A stretch of 62,022 bases of DNA from Bacillota bacterium (GTDB lineage: Bacteria; Bacillota; Sulfobacillia; Sulfobacillales; Sulfobacillaceae): assembly GCA_021797635.1 (NCBI GenBank), contig JAJZZI010000048.1:1-62022 (forward strand). Direction: 5' to 3'. Under the pieces are notes generated by a model, which saw only the letters and a list, made by a program, of their open reading frames with translations, was not told the DNA's origin and ran no database searches. The position numbers were made by a program, and so were the translations under genes. This document shows, one piece after another, positions 1 to 9,092 of this stretch. The first letter of the stretch is position 1, and each line of letters opens with the position of its first letter.

Positions 1-213
1 GCATTGCACTTTCGGGGGCCTTAACATTTTTATGCATCACTTCTCTCCGAGGGATGATAGTGAGCTAAGTGTACGCCAAATGGCATAAAACCAAAAGGGG
101 ACAATCGGCCCCAGGGACCCAGTCTAGCCCCGTTATGACATGAAGGCCAGGTAATTCCCCGGTTGACCTTTCTTGATAGGCGCCTCTGCTAATCAGCGAT
201 AGCTTAGGTGTAG

Positions 214-242
214 TTGAAGTTGGGCAAACCGTCTTGTACAAT
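214..242 (+). promoter_or_regulatory. candidate sigma-A-type promoter of the first operon
   Basis: TTGAAG (214-219), 17-nt spacer, TACAAT (237-242), about 27 nt upstream of the first ORF. Confidence 0.35.
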
Positions 243-268
243 GTACACATTGCTCTTAAGGGAGGCCT

Positions 269-1150
269 TTGTTGTTGCACTACGTCCGAGCGGCAGAACA
301 GGACGAAGCCAAGATTCGGCAGTTTCTTGGTCAGTTCCCCGTAAGTCCATGGAGCCAAAATCTCTCTTCCTATTTGATTGCCCCTTTGGGCGGTGTTTTC
401 CTTGCCACCGACGACGACTCCACGATCCTTGGGTGCACGATTTTAGCTGCCGAACACTCGAGAGAGCGCTACCTTTTGGGAACACGGATCGCAGATCCAA
501 CGACGAACCCTGATATTGCCCACGGGCTTTGTCAACACGTTCTGGAATTTGCTGGGCAGACCGGTGCCCGAACGATAAAAGCTTTGATCGAGGATGGAGA
601 TGAGGATGGCGCACGCGTCTTGCGCGATGCGTTTGAGTTTACCCAGGCTACGTCCTGGGCCGTTGGGGCCCTAGGTGATCTGCCGCTACCCCAGGCAATG
701 AATCCAGAGGCAGGGCCAGCTTGGGCCGTGGATCGTGAACGATTGTTTGCCTTTTTGGCTGACCACGCGAAGCAACTATGGGCTCCAGGCGATCCATGGC
801 TTCCGCGAATCGTGACCGAAGAAGACTTGGCCAAAGGGTTTGAGGTGGGCGGAGTCGTGGTGGCTCCACAAGATACGGAACGGCCGATCTCCGCCTTGGC
901 GCTTTATCGAATTAAAAACCGCGAGCGCCTAACCCTAGGGTATTTAAACGCCAGCGATCCGGCAAGTGTCGACGCGCTTCTGTCTTACCTCCTGGTGGAG
1001 GCGCACGCCTGGGGTGTCACGGAACTGCGCTATGGGTTGTCTTCCGATCAAGCAAAGACCTTGCTGGCCTGGTTTGATCGGCCGGGAGAACCCGAGTGGA
1101 GCGGTTGGTTGTTAGAAAAGGTGCTTCATCCGGCCGCTGTGCCCTCCTGA
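269..1150 (+). CDS. two-lobed GNAT-like acetyltransferase-fold protein (function uncertain)
   Basis: 293-aa ORF preceded by GGGAGG. The start is one of three tandem TTG codons (269/272/275). The size and pattern resemble two tandem GNAT-like halves, but no decisive motif was read. Confidence 0.45.
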   Translation: MLLHYVRAAEQDEAKIRQFLGQFPVSPWSQNLSSYLIAPLGGVFLATDDDSTILGCTILAAEHSRERYLLGTRIADPTTNPDIAHGLCQHVLEFAGQTGARTIKALIEDGDEDGARVLRDAFEFTQATSWAVGALGDLPLPQAMNPEAGPAWAVDRERLFAFLADHAKQLWAPGDPWLPRIVTEEDLAKGFEVGGVVVAPQDTERPISALALYRIKNRERLTLGYLNASDPASVDALLSYLLVEAHAWGVTELRYGLSSDQAKTLLAWFDRPGEPEWSGWLLEKVLHPAAVPS

Positions 1151-2307
1151 TGTTCGCGAGGTGGGCGAGCGTTGCTTCGCGTTGGCGGGATCCGAACTCC
1201 GGTCTTCGCGAAATTATCGAATCGTATGTGATGAGTCGGATTGCCCTCGTGTTGGTCGGATGGGTCGCTCTTGGCCGCCTTCCCTGGGGGTATTACTCGC
1301 CCACCTACAACATCAGCCAGAAGACCTGGGTGGTCATGTGGTTGCGCTGGGACGCGTTATGGTATTTAAAGATTGCCGAGCATGGATATCGTGCCGTCGA
1401 TTCCTTAGCATTTTTCCCGACCTTTCCGCTACTCATCCGAGCCGTTCACGATGTCACCCGCCTTCCCTTTGCCGTGTCTGCGCTGTTGCTCTCAAACGCG
1501 ATGTGCCTCGGCTTTCTGTTCGCATTCTGGGCGGTTGTCAGTGAGCACTTTGGAGAGCCAGTCAGACGGCGAGCTCTGTTTGCAGCCCTATCCTTCCCTA
1601 CCGCGTTTTTCATGTCGGCCGCCTATACGGAATCGACCTTTTTGTTTCTAAGCGTGATGGTTTTCTGGCTTGCCCGGCGCCAAAAGTTTTGGTGGGCGGG
1701 ACTATTTGCGATGGGCGCCACCTTAACCCGCAATGAAGGGGCGTTTACCGTCGTTCCCATCCTCTGGAACTACTACCAAGCACGTGGGTGGAAGGTGAGA
1801 TGGGATCTGCTGGCGGTGTTTGGCATCCCCCTGGCGATGGCTGGGTTTATGTATTTTCAATGGAGGCATTTTGGAAATCCTCTAGCCTTTGTCGATTCGC
1901 AAAGTGCGTGGGGGCGTCACATCACTTGGCCGTGGGTGGGAATGGCGCTGGCGGTTGGAAGAATATGGCACGGAAGCTCATTGCAAGCGAGCTCAGTTCT
2001 GAGTATGATAGACTTGTCCTCGGCACTCATGTCGGCTGGGGTGTGGTTGTACAGCCGAAAGCGATTGCCAGTCGATTGGATGATTTATTGGGCCGTGCTA
2101 TGGTTGATAGACGTCTCAGCCCCGAGCCCCTATGGTCGAAGCCCGCTGTTGAGCATGTCGCGTTTAGTGCTAATTCTCTTTCCGATGTACGTAGGATTGG
2201 GTATACTAACGGAGAATCCAACATGGCAGCGGGCGATGAACTGGCTTTTCCCCTTGTTGCAGGCAGTATTCTTCACCATATTTGCAACATGGCATTGGAT
2301 TGCGTGA
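1150..2307 (+). CDS. PIG-V-like GT-C family membrane mannosyltransferase
   Basis: Multi-pass membrane protein with WDALWYLKIAEHGY, typical of the Mannosyl_trans2/PIG-V family. The ATG at 1150 overlaps the upstream stop (TGATG). The track ORF begins earlier, at 1096. Confidence 0.6.
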   Translation: MFARWASVASRWRDPNSGLREIIESYVMSRIALVLVGWVALGRLPWGYYSPTYNISQKTWVVMWLRWDALWYLKIAEHGYRAVDSLAFFPTFPLLIRAVHDVTRLPFAVSALLLSNAMCLGFLFAFWAVVSEHFGEPVRRRALFAALSFPTAFFMSAAYTESTFLFLSVMVFWLARRQKFWWAGLFAMGATLTRNEGAFTVVPILWNYYQARGWKVRWDLLAVFGIPLAMAGFMYFQWRHFGNPLAFVDSQSAWGRHITWPWVGMALAVGRIWHGSSLQASSVLSMIDLSSALMSAGVWLYSRKRLPVDWMIYWAVLWLIDVSAPSPYGRSPLLSMSRLVLILFPMYVGLGILTENPTWQRAMNWLFPLLQAVFFTIFATWHWIA

Positions 2308-2327
2308 GACTGCGAGGAGGAGTGTCA

Positions 2328-3080
2328 ATGGGTGCATTGGTGATTCTGCCTACATATAACGAGGTGGGAAATCTAGGCCCGTTGGTGGAAACCATCACGG
2401 CGCAGGGAGAGACTTTTAATCTACTCATTATTGACGATGGTTCTCCTGATGGGACGGGATTTTTGGCGGAACATCTTAAGGCCCAGTATCCTGGACGTGT
2501 TGACGTGATGCACCGTCAGGGCAAGCTGGGATTGGCCACGGCGTATCTTACGGGCTTCCAATATGCGATTACGATGGGATATGACTATGTGTTTGAAATG
2601 GATGCGGACTTTTCGCACCACCCGCGTTACCTACCGGATTTCATCAGCGCTATGAAAATGTCTGGAGCGGACCTGGTCTTAGGGTCTCGTTATGTGGATG
2701 GTGGCGGCGCCACTCATTGGCCGTGGTATCGCAGACTAATTTCTATCGGCGGTTCACACTATGCGAGGGCCATGTTAGGGCTTTCTATCCGAGATTTGAC
2801 GGGCGGGTTCAAGTGTTTTCGTCGCGAGGTGTTGGAGTCGATAAACTTGGACGAAATCGAGGCCACAGGTTATGGCTTTCAAATCGAAATGACCTATCGG
2901 GCCGTTCAACATGGGTTTAAGGTGGTAGAGATTCCGATTATCTTTGAAGATCGGCGCGAAGGGCAGAGTAAGATGTCTGCGGGAATTTTTGCAGAGGCGT
3001 TGTGGATGGTGGCAAGACTCCGGGTATCGGAGCAGCTAGGCAGAAAAGTTCCCGTGGAAGGCCAGCGGATTCGATCATAG
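2328..3080 (+). CDS. polyprenol-phosphate mannosyltransferase (GT2, Dpm1/Ppm1-like)
   Basis: ILPTYNE, IIDDGSPDGT and EMDADFSHHP motifs. The ATG at 2328 follows the GT-C gene. The upstream part of track ORF 1788-3080 overlaps the GT-C gene and is not coding. Confidence 0.85.
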   Translation: MGALVILPTYNEVGNLGPLVETITAQGETFNLLIIDDGSPDGTGFLAEHLKAQYPGRVDVMHRQGKLGLATAYLTGFQYAITMGYDYVFEMDADFSHHPRYLPDFISAMKMSGADLVLGSRYVDGGGATHWPWYRRLISIGGSHYARAMLGLSIRDLTGGFKCFRREVLESINLDEIEATGYGFQIEMTYRAVQHGFKVVEIPIIFEDRREGQSKMSAGIFAEALWMVARLRVSEQLGRKVPVEGQRIRS

Positions 3081-3082
3081 GC

Positions 3083-3526
3083 ATGGCACGCGACTTGTTT
3101 GAGAAAATCGTAAGATTTGGTTTGGTGGGGGCCACCGGTGTCGTGGTTAACGCCGGGGTCTTTCGGTTGTTACTATGGATGGGTTTAGACCATTATTCGA
3201 TGATCGCGCAGGCCATTGCGATTGAGGCCTCAATCTTAAGCAACTATGCCTTGAACGCCCGTTTCACGTTTCGTCGTAATTACTCCTGGGCCACGCTTTG
3301 GCAGTTTAACCTGGCGTCTGCCGGGGGTGCCGCAGTGCAGTTGGGCGTATATGCGCTCTGGTTCCACGGTTATCACCTCGATAAAGTATGGTCCGACCTG
3401 CTGGCTATTCCGTTTGGAACGGCCATCACCTTTGGGGCCTCTTATATATGGGTATTTGCCGCCGGAAGGGGAATGGATGGACAGCGCACGGTCAAGTCCG
3501 CAAGACGTTCTGGAAGCCGCGGCTGA
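3083..3526 (+). CDS. GtrA-family membrane protein
   Basis: The N-terminus FEKIVRFGLVGATGVVVNAGVF and four predicted TM segments fit the GtrA family. The ATG lies 3 nt after the ppm stop. Confidence 0.75.
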   Translation: MARDLFEKIVRFGLVGATGVVVNAGVFRLLLWMGLDHYSMIAQAIAIEASILSNYALNARFTFRRNYSWATLWQFNLASAGGAAVQLGVYALWFHGYHLDKVWSDLLAIPFGTAITFGASYIWVFAAGRGMDGQRTVKSARRSGSRG

Positions 3527-4238
3527 CGCCGGGGTTCACCTTCTTTCTGCCGGAGGCGAGGTAAGCCGCGTCGAAGACACCATGATTCGTATTGCCAGAG
3601 GTATGGGCCTATCATCCGTGGAAGCCGCCGTGTTTCCCACGGCGCTTTTGTTATCCGCGCCGGGGGCCACCTTGATGCGGCGGGTTCGGCAACGATCAGT
3701 GAATCTTGCCATTGTCGCGGAAGTTAACCAACTATCTCGAGACTTGGTCGCTTGCCGCATTGACATGGACACCTTTCGAGAGCGATTGCTGCGAGTTCCT
3801 GAGATTCGACGATATCGGCGCTGGCAGACCATCTTGGTCGCAGGCCTGGCGGGCGGGCTACTTTGCCAACTGGTAGGCGGGCAATGGTACGACTTCTTGC
3901 CTGCCATGATGGCGGGAGCCTTGGCTCACGCGGTGCGCCAGAGCCGAGCTTCGTTGAATGGCAGTCTAAAGGACTTTATGGCCGCGATGGCCGCCGTGGT
4001 GCCGGGGTTAATCGCGGCCAATTGGGCGGTATTTCATCCCGGCACTATCATCGTGGGAGGCATCATGGTATTGGTGCCCGGGATGGCCATGACCAGCGCT
4101 ATTCGCGATGGACTGGCGGGTGACGTGGTCTCCGCCGTATCGCGCATGCTGGAGGCGTTGCTAACCGCCGTGGCGGTGGCCGCAGGTGTCGCGCTACCCT
4201 TAAACCTCTATTTGGCCATGGGAGGGCGCTGGCCGTGA
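3477..4238 (+). CDS. threonine/serine exporter family protein, ThrE N-type subunit (DUF1212)
   Basis: LLSAGGEVSRVEDTMIRIARGMGL is the typical ThrE signature. The ATG at 3477 implies a 50-nt overlap with gtrA. Confidence 0.7.
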   Translation: MDSARSSPQDVLEAAADAGVHLLSAGGEVSRVEDTMIRIARGMGLSSVEAAVFPTALLLSAPGATLMRRVRQRSVNLAIVAEVNQLSRDLVACRIDMDTFRERLLRVPEIRRYRRWQTILVAGLAGGLLCQLVGGQWYDFLPAMMAGALAHAVRQSRASLNGSLKDFMAAMAAVVPGLIAANWAVFHPGTIIVGGIMVLVPGMAMTSAIRDGLAGDVVSAVSRMLEALLTAVAVAAGVALPLNLYLAMGGRWP

Positions 4239-4702
4239 TCCGAGCCATTGTACTGGCCGGGGCCACGGCGTTTGCGTTCGGCGTGCTGTACCAAGTGGCG
4301 TGGCGGATGGTCACCATCTCGGCGTTGATTGCGGCATTAGCTTGGACGGCTTATCAGGCAATATTGGGGTCGTTTAGCGGGAGCACGGGCTGGGCAGAGT
4401 TTTGTGGAGCCTTAGCCGTAGGGGTGTTGTCGGAACTCGGAGCGTTTGTCTTAAAACAGCCGGCTTTAGTGCTACAAGTGCCATCAATCATTCCATTCGT
4501 ACCCGGTTATTTGGTCTACGAAAGTGTGCTGTCCTTTATGCGCAACAACTTTCTAATCGGGCTGGAACAGGGTTTTCGAGCCTTAATGTTGGCGGCCGCA
4601 TTGGGTTTGGGCTTGGCCATGGCTACAGCCGCGACGCGAGCCCTCATCAGACGCGGGGGAAAAAACGAAGGAAACAATGAAGAAAAGACTTCATCGAGCT
4701 GA
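4235..4702 (+). CDS. threonine/serine exporter family protein, small subunit (DUF3815)
   Basis: Hydrophobic 155-aa protein. Its GTG overlaps the upstream stop (GTGA). The pairing with the preceding ThrE-type gene is typical. Confidence 0.65.
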   Translation: MIRAIVLAGATAFAFGVLYQVAWRMVTISALIAALAWTAYQAILGSFSGSTGWAEFCGALAVGVLSELGAFVLKQPALVLQVPSIIPFVPGYLVYESVLSFMRNNFLIGLEQGFRALMLAAALGLGLAMATAATRALIRRGGKNEGNNEEKTSSS

Positions 4703-5080
4703 AGGGTGCAATCGCCGTACTGGCGGGGCCAATCAAAATCGCAGGTGGCTTGAGGCGTGCAGAAAAAATTGGAGTGCCCGCCGCTGAAGAAAGGGCCGTC
4801 CAAGTCGAGAGAATTCCAGACCTAATCGTGAGGCGGTGCAGGCCGCGAACCCAGAGAGCAGGGGACGGCAATGCCGGCCGCAAAGCCAACCCAAATCCCT
4901 TTCCACAAGACCGGCAGATAATTCCCCGTCAAAATCTATCGCCAGCGGTCTCGGTGTAGAAAGCTCGCTATAGAAAAGATACGAGGATAAGGCGAGAGGG
5001 AAATGCGCGGTCAAGGAGTGGGGGGACGATCTGACCTGGCAGCATCAAGGTGCACAAAGCATTTTTCGGTAGAGGACGCC

Positions 5081-5398
5081 TCAAAAGTCTGGCAAGGGGG
5101 CAGTGGGGGGCACGCTGGCCAGATAGCCCGCCTGCTGGAATAGGGAAACAACCTCATGAGGACGGGTGGAGATCACAAAAATCTCCTGCACTGCGCCACT
5201 AGAGCGGCCGAGCAGCTTGAATCCGCTTGGGGTCCAATACTGGAAACTAAAACCCAGCTTTCCTCCGGCCTTGGGATGAATGGGTCCAGGGATAATTCCG
5301 TCAACGGCGGCCAACCCACTCAAAAAAGACAGGCCCCCTTCAAGCTCCCTGACCACGTGGTGTTTTCGCTTAATTTTTGCGTGTCGATATTTGGCCAC
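5081..5398 (-). CDS. hypothetical 105-aa protein
   Basis: ORF 60 nt downstream of minC on the same strand. It begins with a basic N-terminus (KYRHAKIKRKHH). It is vaguely reminiscent of small DUF2103-type proteins, but that is not verifiable here. Confidence 0.4.
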   Translation of the reverse strand: MAKYRHAKIKRKHHVVRELEGGLSFLSGLAAVDGIIPGPIHPKAGGKLGFSFQYWTPSGFKLLGRSSGAVQEIFVISTRPHEVVSLFQQAGYLASVPPTAPLPDF

Positions 5399-5457
5399 AA
5401 CATCCCTCCATCAGCCATTCTATCAGACGGGGGAGATGAGCCAACCCAAGGGAACGA

Positions 5458-6126
5458 CTACGACGAGGAGGGCCCGGCCAATTTGCTGTGGCGAGACTTC
5501 CCCCCGTCTTCGGTTACCACCTCTGGCAAGCGCACATCGGTCCATGGCTCGACGATGACTTGATCGTTTTCAACACGCGCCAGTTCAGGAGCTTGTCCCG
5601 CGCTTTCGCCAATAGCGAGAAGGGATCCAATACGGACTTGGGTTGGCGTGAAGGTTAACGCGTAGACGGATTTGCTATGATCTTGAGGTTGGCCAGCATG
5701 GGCATTGCCGCGGAGACGGCCAAATATCAAAATGTCTCCGGCGGCAGCCACGGTAGCCCCGGGATTCACATCGCCAATGATAATCAGATCGCCTTGATGA
5801 AATTGCTGTTGACCAGAACGCAGGGTGTGACGGATCACGAGCGCCGGTTCCAGGCGACGCGCCAAGGGAATCGGTTCAGGAAGCCTCGGATCTCGCAAGA
5901 CACCGTTTAGCGACAACTCGGGATAGCGTTCGAAAACGGTGGCAATCTGTGACAGTAGATGAGGGCTAAGCGGCATTTCATGAATTTGAATATCGAGCAC
6001 GGCCCCAGTCAAAAAACCATGACGTCGTCGCAAGGTGTCTTCTAAATCTCGGACAAGATCCGCCTCGCTATCAAACCCCTCCGCAATCAGTCGGAGTCCT
6101 CGCCTCGTATCTCCCTTGATTTCCAT
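5458..6126 (-). CDS. minC: septum site-determining protein MinC
   Basis: C-terminal beta-helix repeats GDLIIIGDVNPGATVAAAGDILIFGRLRGNAHAG. The ATG at 6126 has an upstream AGCAGGTG Shine-Dalgarno (SD) sequence. The track start at 6168 is a TTG without an RBS. Confidence 0.8.
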   Translation of the reverse strand: MEIKGDTRRGLRLIAEGFDSEADLVRDLEDTLRRRHGFLTGAVLDIQIHEMPLSPHLLSQIATVFERYPELSLNGVLRDPRLPEPIPLARRLEPALVIRHTLRSGQQQFHQGDLIIIGDVNPGATVAAAGDILIFGRLRGNAHAGQPQDHSKSVYALTFTPTQVRIGSLLAIGESAGQAPELARVENDQVIVEPWTDVRLPEVVTEDGGKSRHSKLAGPSSS

Positions 6127-6843
6127 AAAACACCTGCTTTCTACATACTTAAGAATTTCCGTGCCCAAATTCGACAGTACTGGAGTGAATTCGCCAGCAC
6201 CGGTCCAAAATCCTCTAATTTGGGCTATTTGTCCAGGACTATGGCATAGTCAATGAAAATGCGATGGGTGGGGCATTTAGCTAATGCCTTAACGTCAAAC
6301 GGTGCCACATTGCGCAATTCCTACGCATTGTCCCTCCCCGTGAATCGCGAAGGCAGGTTGGAATGCCAGGGCCAGGTCGCCGGCGTCATGACCGCGGCAA
6401 CCGCCACCCAGGAACCCAGGGAGAAAAAGCGCGGTGGATGATGATCCCCGGTTTCGGTCCCACTCTGGATGGCGTTGAGCGTTCCGACGATAATGGTGGA
6501 GGAACCGTCGAGTTGGTCGACAAGAGGCCTGGCAGCCACGGCCAGCACCTGCCGGTTAAACTACTGGGTCGGAATCTTGACTATGCTCGGCGCCACGACC
6601 AGCAAGCCCACAGGAGTACGACGAGGAGGCCACTTGTCGCTCCCCACTTCCTATACTTAGCGATCACAACGCACCTCCATACCGTTATCAATGTCGATGG
6701 ACCCGTTTAGTGGTGATGACGGTTGCGAAAGTAAAATCCCTAGCGGTAGAAGCAAGGACGCGAGCCCTAGCTGCAGAAAATCAGGGAGAGCCCACCGCTT
6801 GCAAGCTAACCCGCTTAATCCTGTATGCGTCTCGCCCCGAGCG

Positions 6844-7632
6844 CTAATTTCGTTCGCTGGGCTCTTCGCTCTTATGGCCCGTCGCGCCCGGCTTGACGCG
6901 GCGAGTCATCTGCTGGCAGAACGTCTTTTTCCCATAGTGATGAATGACTCCATTATGCAAGCGCTGACGCGCCCGTTCCTCGATGACTCCCTGATCTAGA
7001 AGGGATTTCACGTGTTCCGGAGGGATCTCGTCAGGGCCAAGACGGTGGTATTCCTGCCAAACTTCCAGGTGGGGTGACGGATCCTCAGGCTCGAGGGCCT
7101 TTGGGGCCAGGCCTTCAAACCGTGGCCAGGCCGAACCCACGTCGGCGATGGGGGTGAGAGCCCAGGGAAGTCTGAGATTTGCGTCGCTCACCCATTGCTC
7201 CAAGCGCTCGAGCCTCAGAGATCCGCCTTCGGCGATCACCCACAGGGCGCCCTGACGAAGTTGTTGATACTGGCTTAGCTTAGTCGCCCACTGGCGGCGA
7301 TTCTCTTTGCCGGTATCGGCCTCGAGATAAATTGGACCTAAATCGGTTTTTAGGATCGCATCGGCTTGGGGCGACGTCATCCCCGAACAGACTTGCCATG
7401 TGGACTGCGCGGGTATTAGCCGGCAATAGATTTCAGCGACTAAACGGCGATGGCCAACATGCCTGGCCTGGCGAAAGGCGTCTTTCCACCAGAGTGCATT
7501 TTGATAGATCACCACGTCAGGGTGATTAGCCGCTTTCACGTGCTCTAGCCGAAAGGCAAAGTACTGGGAGAGTTGGTCCTGGTGAAGGTAGTGGGTCTTG
7601 GCCAAGGCATCCAGCCAGGTGGGCGAATTCAT
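6844..7632 (-). CDS. replication-relaxation family protein (Replic_Relax-like)
   Basis: The pattern HRRLVAEIYCRL ... PQADAILKTDLGPIYLEADTGKENRRQWATKLSQYQQL matches the PDa..f.EvDrGTe..K..Y core of the family. The ATG overlaps the stop of the upstream ATPase (ATGA). Confidence 0.5.
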   Translation of the reverse strand: MNSPTWLDALAKTHYLHQDQLSQYFAFRLEHVKAANHPDVVIYQNALWWKDAFRQARHVGHRRLVAEIYCRLIPAQSTWQVCSGMTSPQADAILKTDLGPIYLEADTGKENRRQWATKLSQYQQLRQGALWVIAEGGSLRLERLEQWVSDANLRLPWALTPIADVGSAWPRFEGLAPKALEPEDPSPHLEVWQEYHRLGPDEIPPEHVKSLLDQGVIEERARQRLHNGVIHHYGKKTFCQQMTRRVKPGATGHKSEEPSERN

Positions 7633-9092
7633 GACGTTGACCCCAAGGAGCGGTGCGCAAGTTGAATCAGAACAGGTTGTCTAAGACGCCCATTTTCGGT
7701 GCGTTCTAGCCAAGCTTTTCCCAGGGGAAGATGTCGGATATCCGGGGCGATCGACTGCCGCAATGGCTTGGTGGAGGAGCGGGTTAACTCGCGCTCGTCG
7801 TCGCTGGAAACGCCTCCTAAAACCAGACGCTGGCGGCAATTGGCCAGCGCTGCCGACTTTAGTTCTGAACTTAACTGACCGAGATCCTGGTGCGCTAACG
7901 TGATGCCAATGCCGTAGCCGCGGGCAAGGGCCAGATAGTCGCCTAGGTCAGGGGAGACATATTGGTGAAACTCGTCGAGAAAGAGAAAGTAGGGATGGCG
8001 AGCCCCAACGGGTCGTCGATAGCTGGCCATCATGAGGCCGTGCCAAAAGAGATTTCCTAAGAGGCGGGCAGATCCGCCGAGACGGGCTAAGGAGAAGGGG
8101 CAAATGACCACGTAACCATTTTGTAAGGCCTCATCCCAGGTAAAATCTCCGGGCCCGGCCAAGATGTTTCGCACGCTAGGATTGACGAGCAAGAGTTCGA
8201 GCCGATTCAATAGGCCTACCCGTTGCTCGTGGGCTTTGGCCTGAGATTGGCGGCCTACTTGTTCGTGATAGTAGGCTAGCGTTCGGTCGTCCTGGCAAGA
8301 CGCCAAAATCTCGCGACGAAACCCCTCTTGACGTAAAAAACGCATCAAAGTGGCCACATCTGCCCTAAGCGGGAATGCCTCCTTCACGGCCAGGGTAGCG
8401 TAGAGCAATTCTAAGCGACTCAAGGTAGCGTAAAAGGGATGACCGCTTTGGCTCGCTTGGTCCATCGCCCAGGCCAGCCCTTCGGCAGCCACTTCTGCCG
8501 GTCCGGACAGGGGGTTGAAGTGGGGAACGAGCGGATCGTCAGGATCCATGTACAGCACCTCATGGCCGGTGCGCAACGCGGCATCGCGGGCAGCTTGGCT
8601 AAGATCGCCCTTTGGCTCGATTAGGCTTAGGCCGTGTCCTTGGCTAAGGTCTTGCCAAATCATCGGCATAAGGACGGAGCTGGACTTGCCGGATCCGGTC
8701 GGCCCCAGTACATGGGTATGCAAGAAGCGATCGGTGATACCGACGGCAACCGGGTATCGGAACCAGGGATGGCGTCCAAAGACAGTCCGGTTCTTCTTCC
8801 GCAGCTTGCCAAGAAGCTGGTTGGCTGCGAGACTCAGCACGATGAGGGGGAGGATGAAACCTCTTATTCCAGCCAGTGCCCATAGCCCAAAGAGGCAAAG
8901 AAGACTAATCAGGACGGGAGCGACTCCGATGCCGAGACCAAGCCCTGTAGCCAGTAAGATTGCTGTGACCAGGAAGGCACGGGCAAGGGGCCATGCCGGA
9001 TGCGACAAATCCACGCTGGCATAAAGAACGATCGTCATCCACCAAAGCCCCTTGAGGATTAGGGCTAGGTACGTGCGAAGGGTTTTCCCCAT
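7629..9092 (-). CDS. type IV secretion coupling-protein-like ATPase (TraD/TraG/VirD4 superfamily), membrane anchored
   Basis: Three to four N-terminal TM helices. Walker A is GPTGSGKSS, Walker B is YFLFLDEFH, and HQDLGQL corresponds to the T4CP Q-x-x-x-QL motif. The ATG at 9092 has a GGTGGGGTG SD. The track start (GTG 9146) is possible. Confidence 0.7.
   Translation of the reverse strand: MGKTLRTYLALILKGLWWMTIVLYASVDLSHPAWPLARAFLVTAILLATGLGLGIGVAPVLISLLCLFGLWALAGIRGFILPLIVLSLAANQLLGKLRKKNRTVFGRHPWFRYPVAVGITDRFLHTHVLGPTGSGKSSSVLMPMIWQDLSQGHGLSLIEPKGDLSQAARDAALRTGHEVLYMDPDDPLVPHFNPLSGPAEVAAEGLAWAMDQASQSGHPFYATLSRLELLYATLAVKEAFPLRADVATLMRFLRQEGFRREILASCQDDRTLAYYHEQVGRQSQAKAHEQRVGLLNRLELLLVNPSVRNILAGPGDFTWDEALQNGYVVICPFSLARLGGSARLLGNLFWHGLMMASYRRPVGARHPYFLFLDEFHQYVSPDLGDYLALARGYGIGITLAHQDLGQLSSELKSAALANCRQRLVLGGVSSDDERELTRSSTKPLRQSIAPDIRHLPLGKAWLERTENGRLRQPVLIQLAHRSLGSTS

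Noticed and set aside
1-213. Possible structured RNA or gene end at the left window edge (ORFs 65-358 and 204-614 on the minus strand).
   Set aside because: The minus ORFs overlap the promoter and the start of the first plus-strand gene and have no motifs. I recognised no RNA family, and the region is truncated by the window edge.
1788-2327. Upstream 180 codons of track ORF 1788-3080, which would give a 430-aa glycosyltransferase.
   Set aside because: This part overlaps the GT-C membrane-protein gene in another frame and has no GT2 similarity. The GT2 domain begins at the ATG at 2328 (MGALVILPTYNE).
4703-5080. ORFs 4733-5014 (minus), 4647-4889 (minus) and 4750-4959 (plus), plus a 37-codon hydrophobic minus-strand peptide, in the gap after the ThrE genes.
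   Set aside because: They mutually overlap, lack SD sequences and have implausible compositions. The small hydrophobic ORF starts at TTG without an RBS.
6321-6548. 75-aa minus-strand ORF as a real gene.
   Set aside because: It is flanked by in-frame stops, has no RBS, and seems to be one fragment of a longer disrupted reading frame. I reported it only as part of a possibly decayed region.
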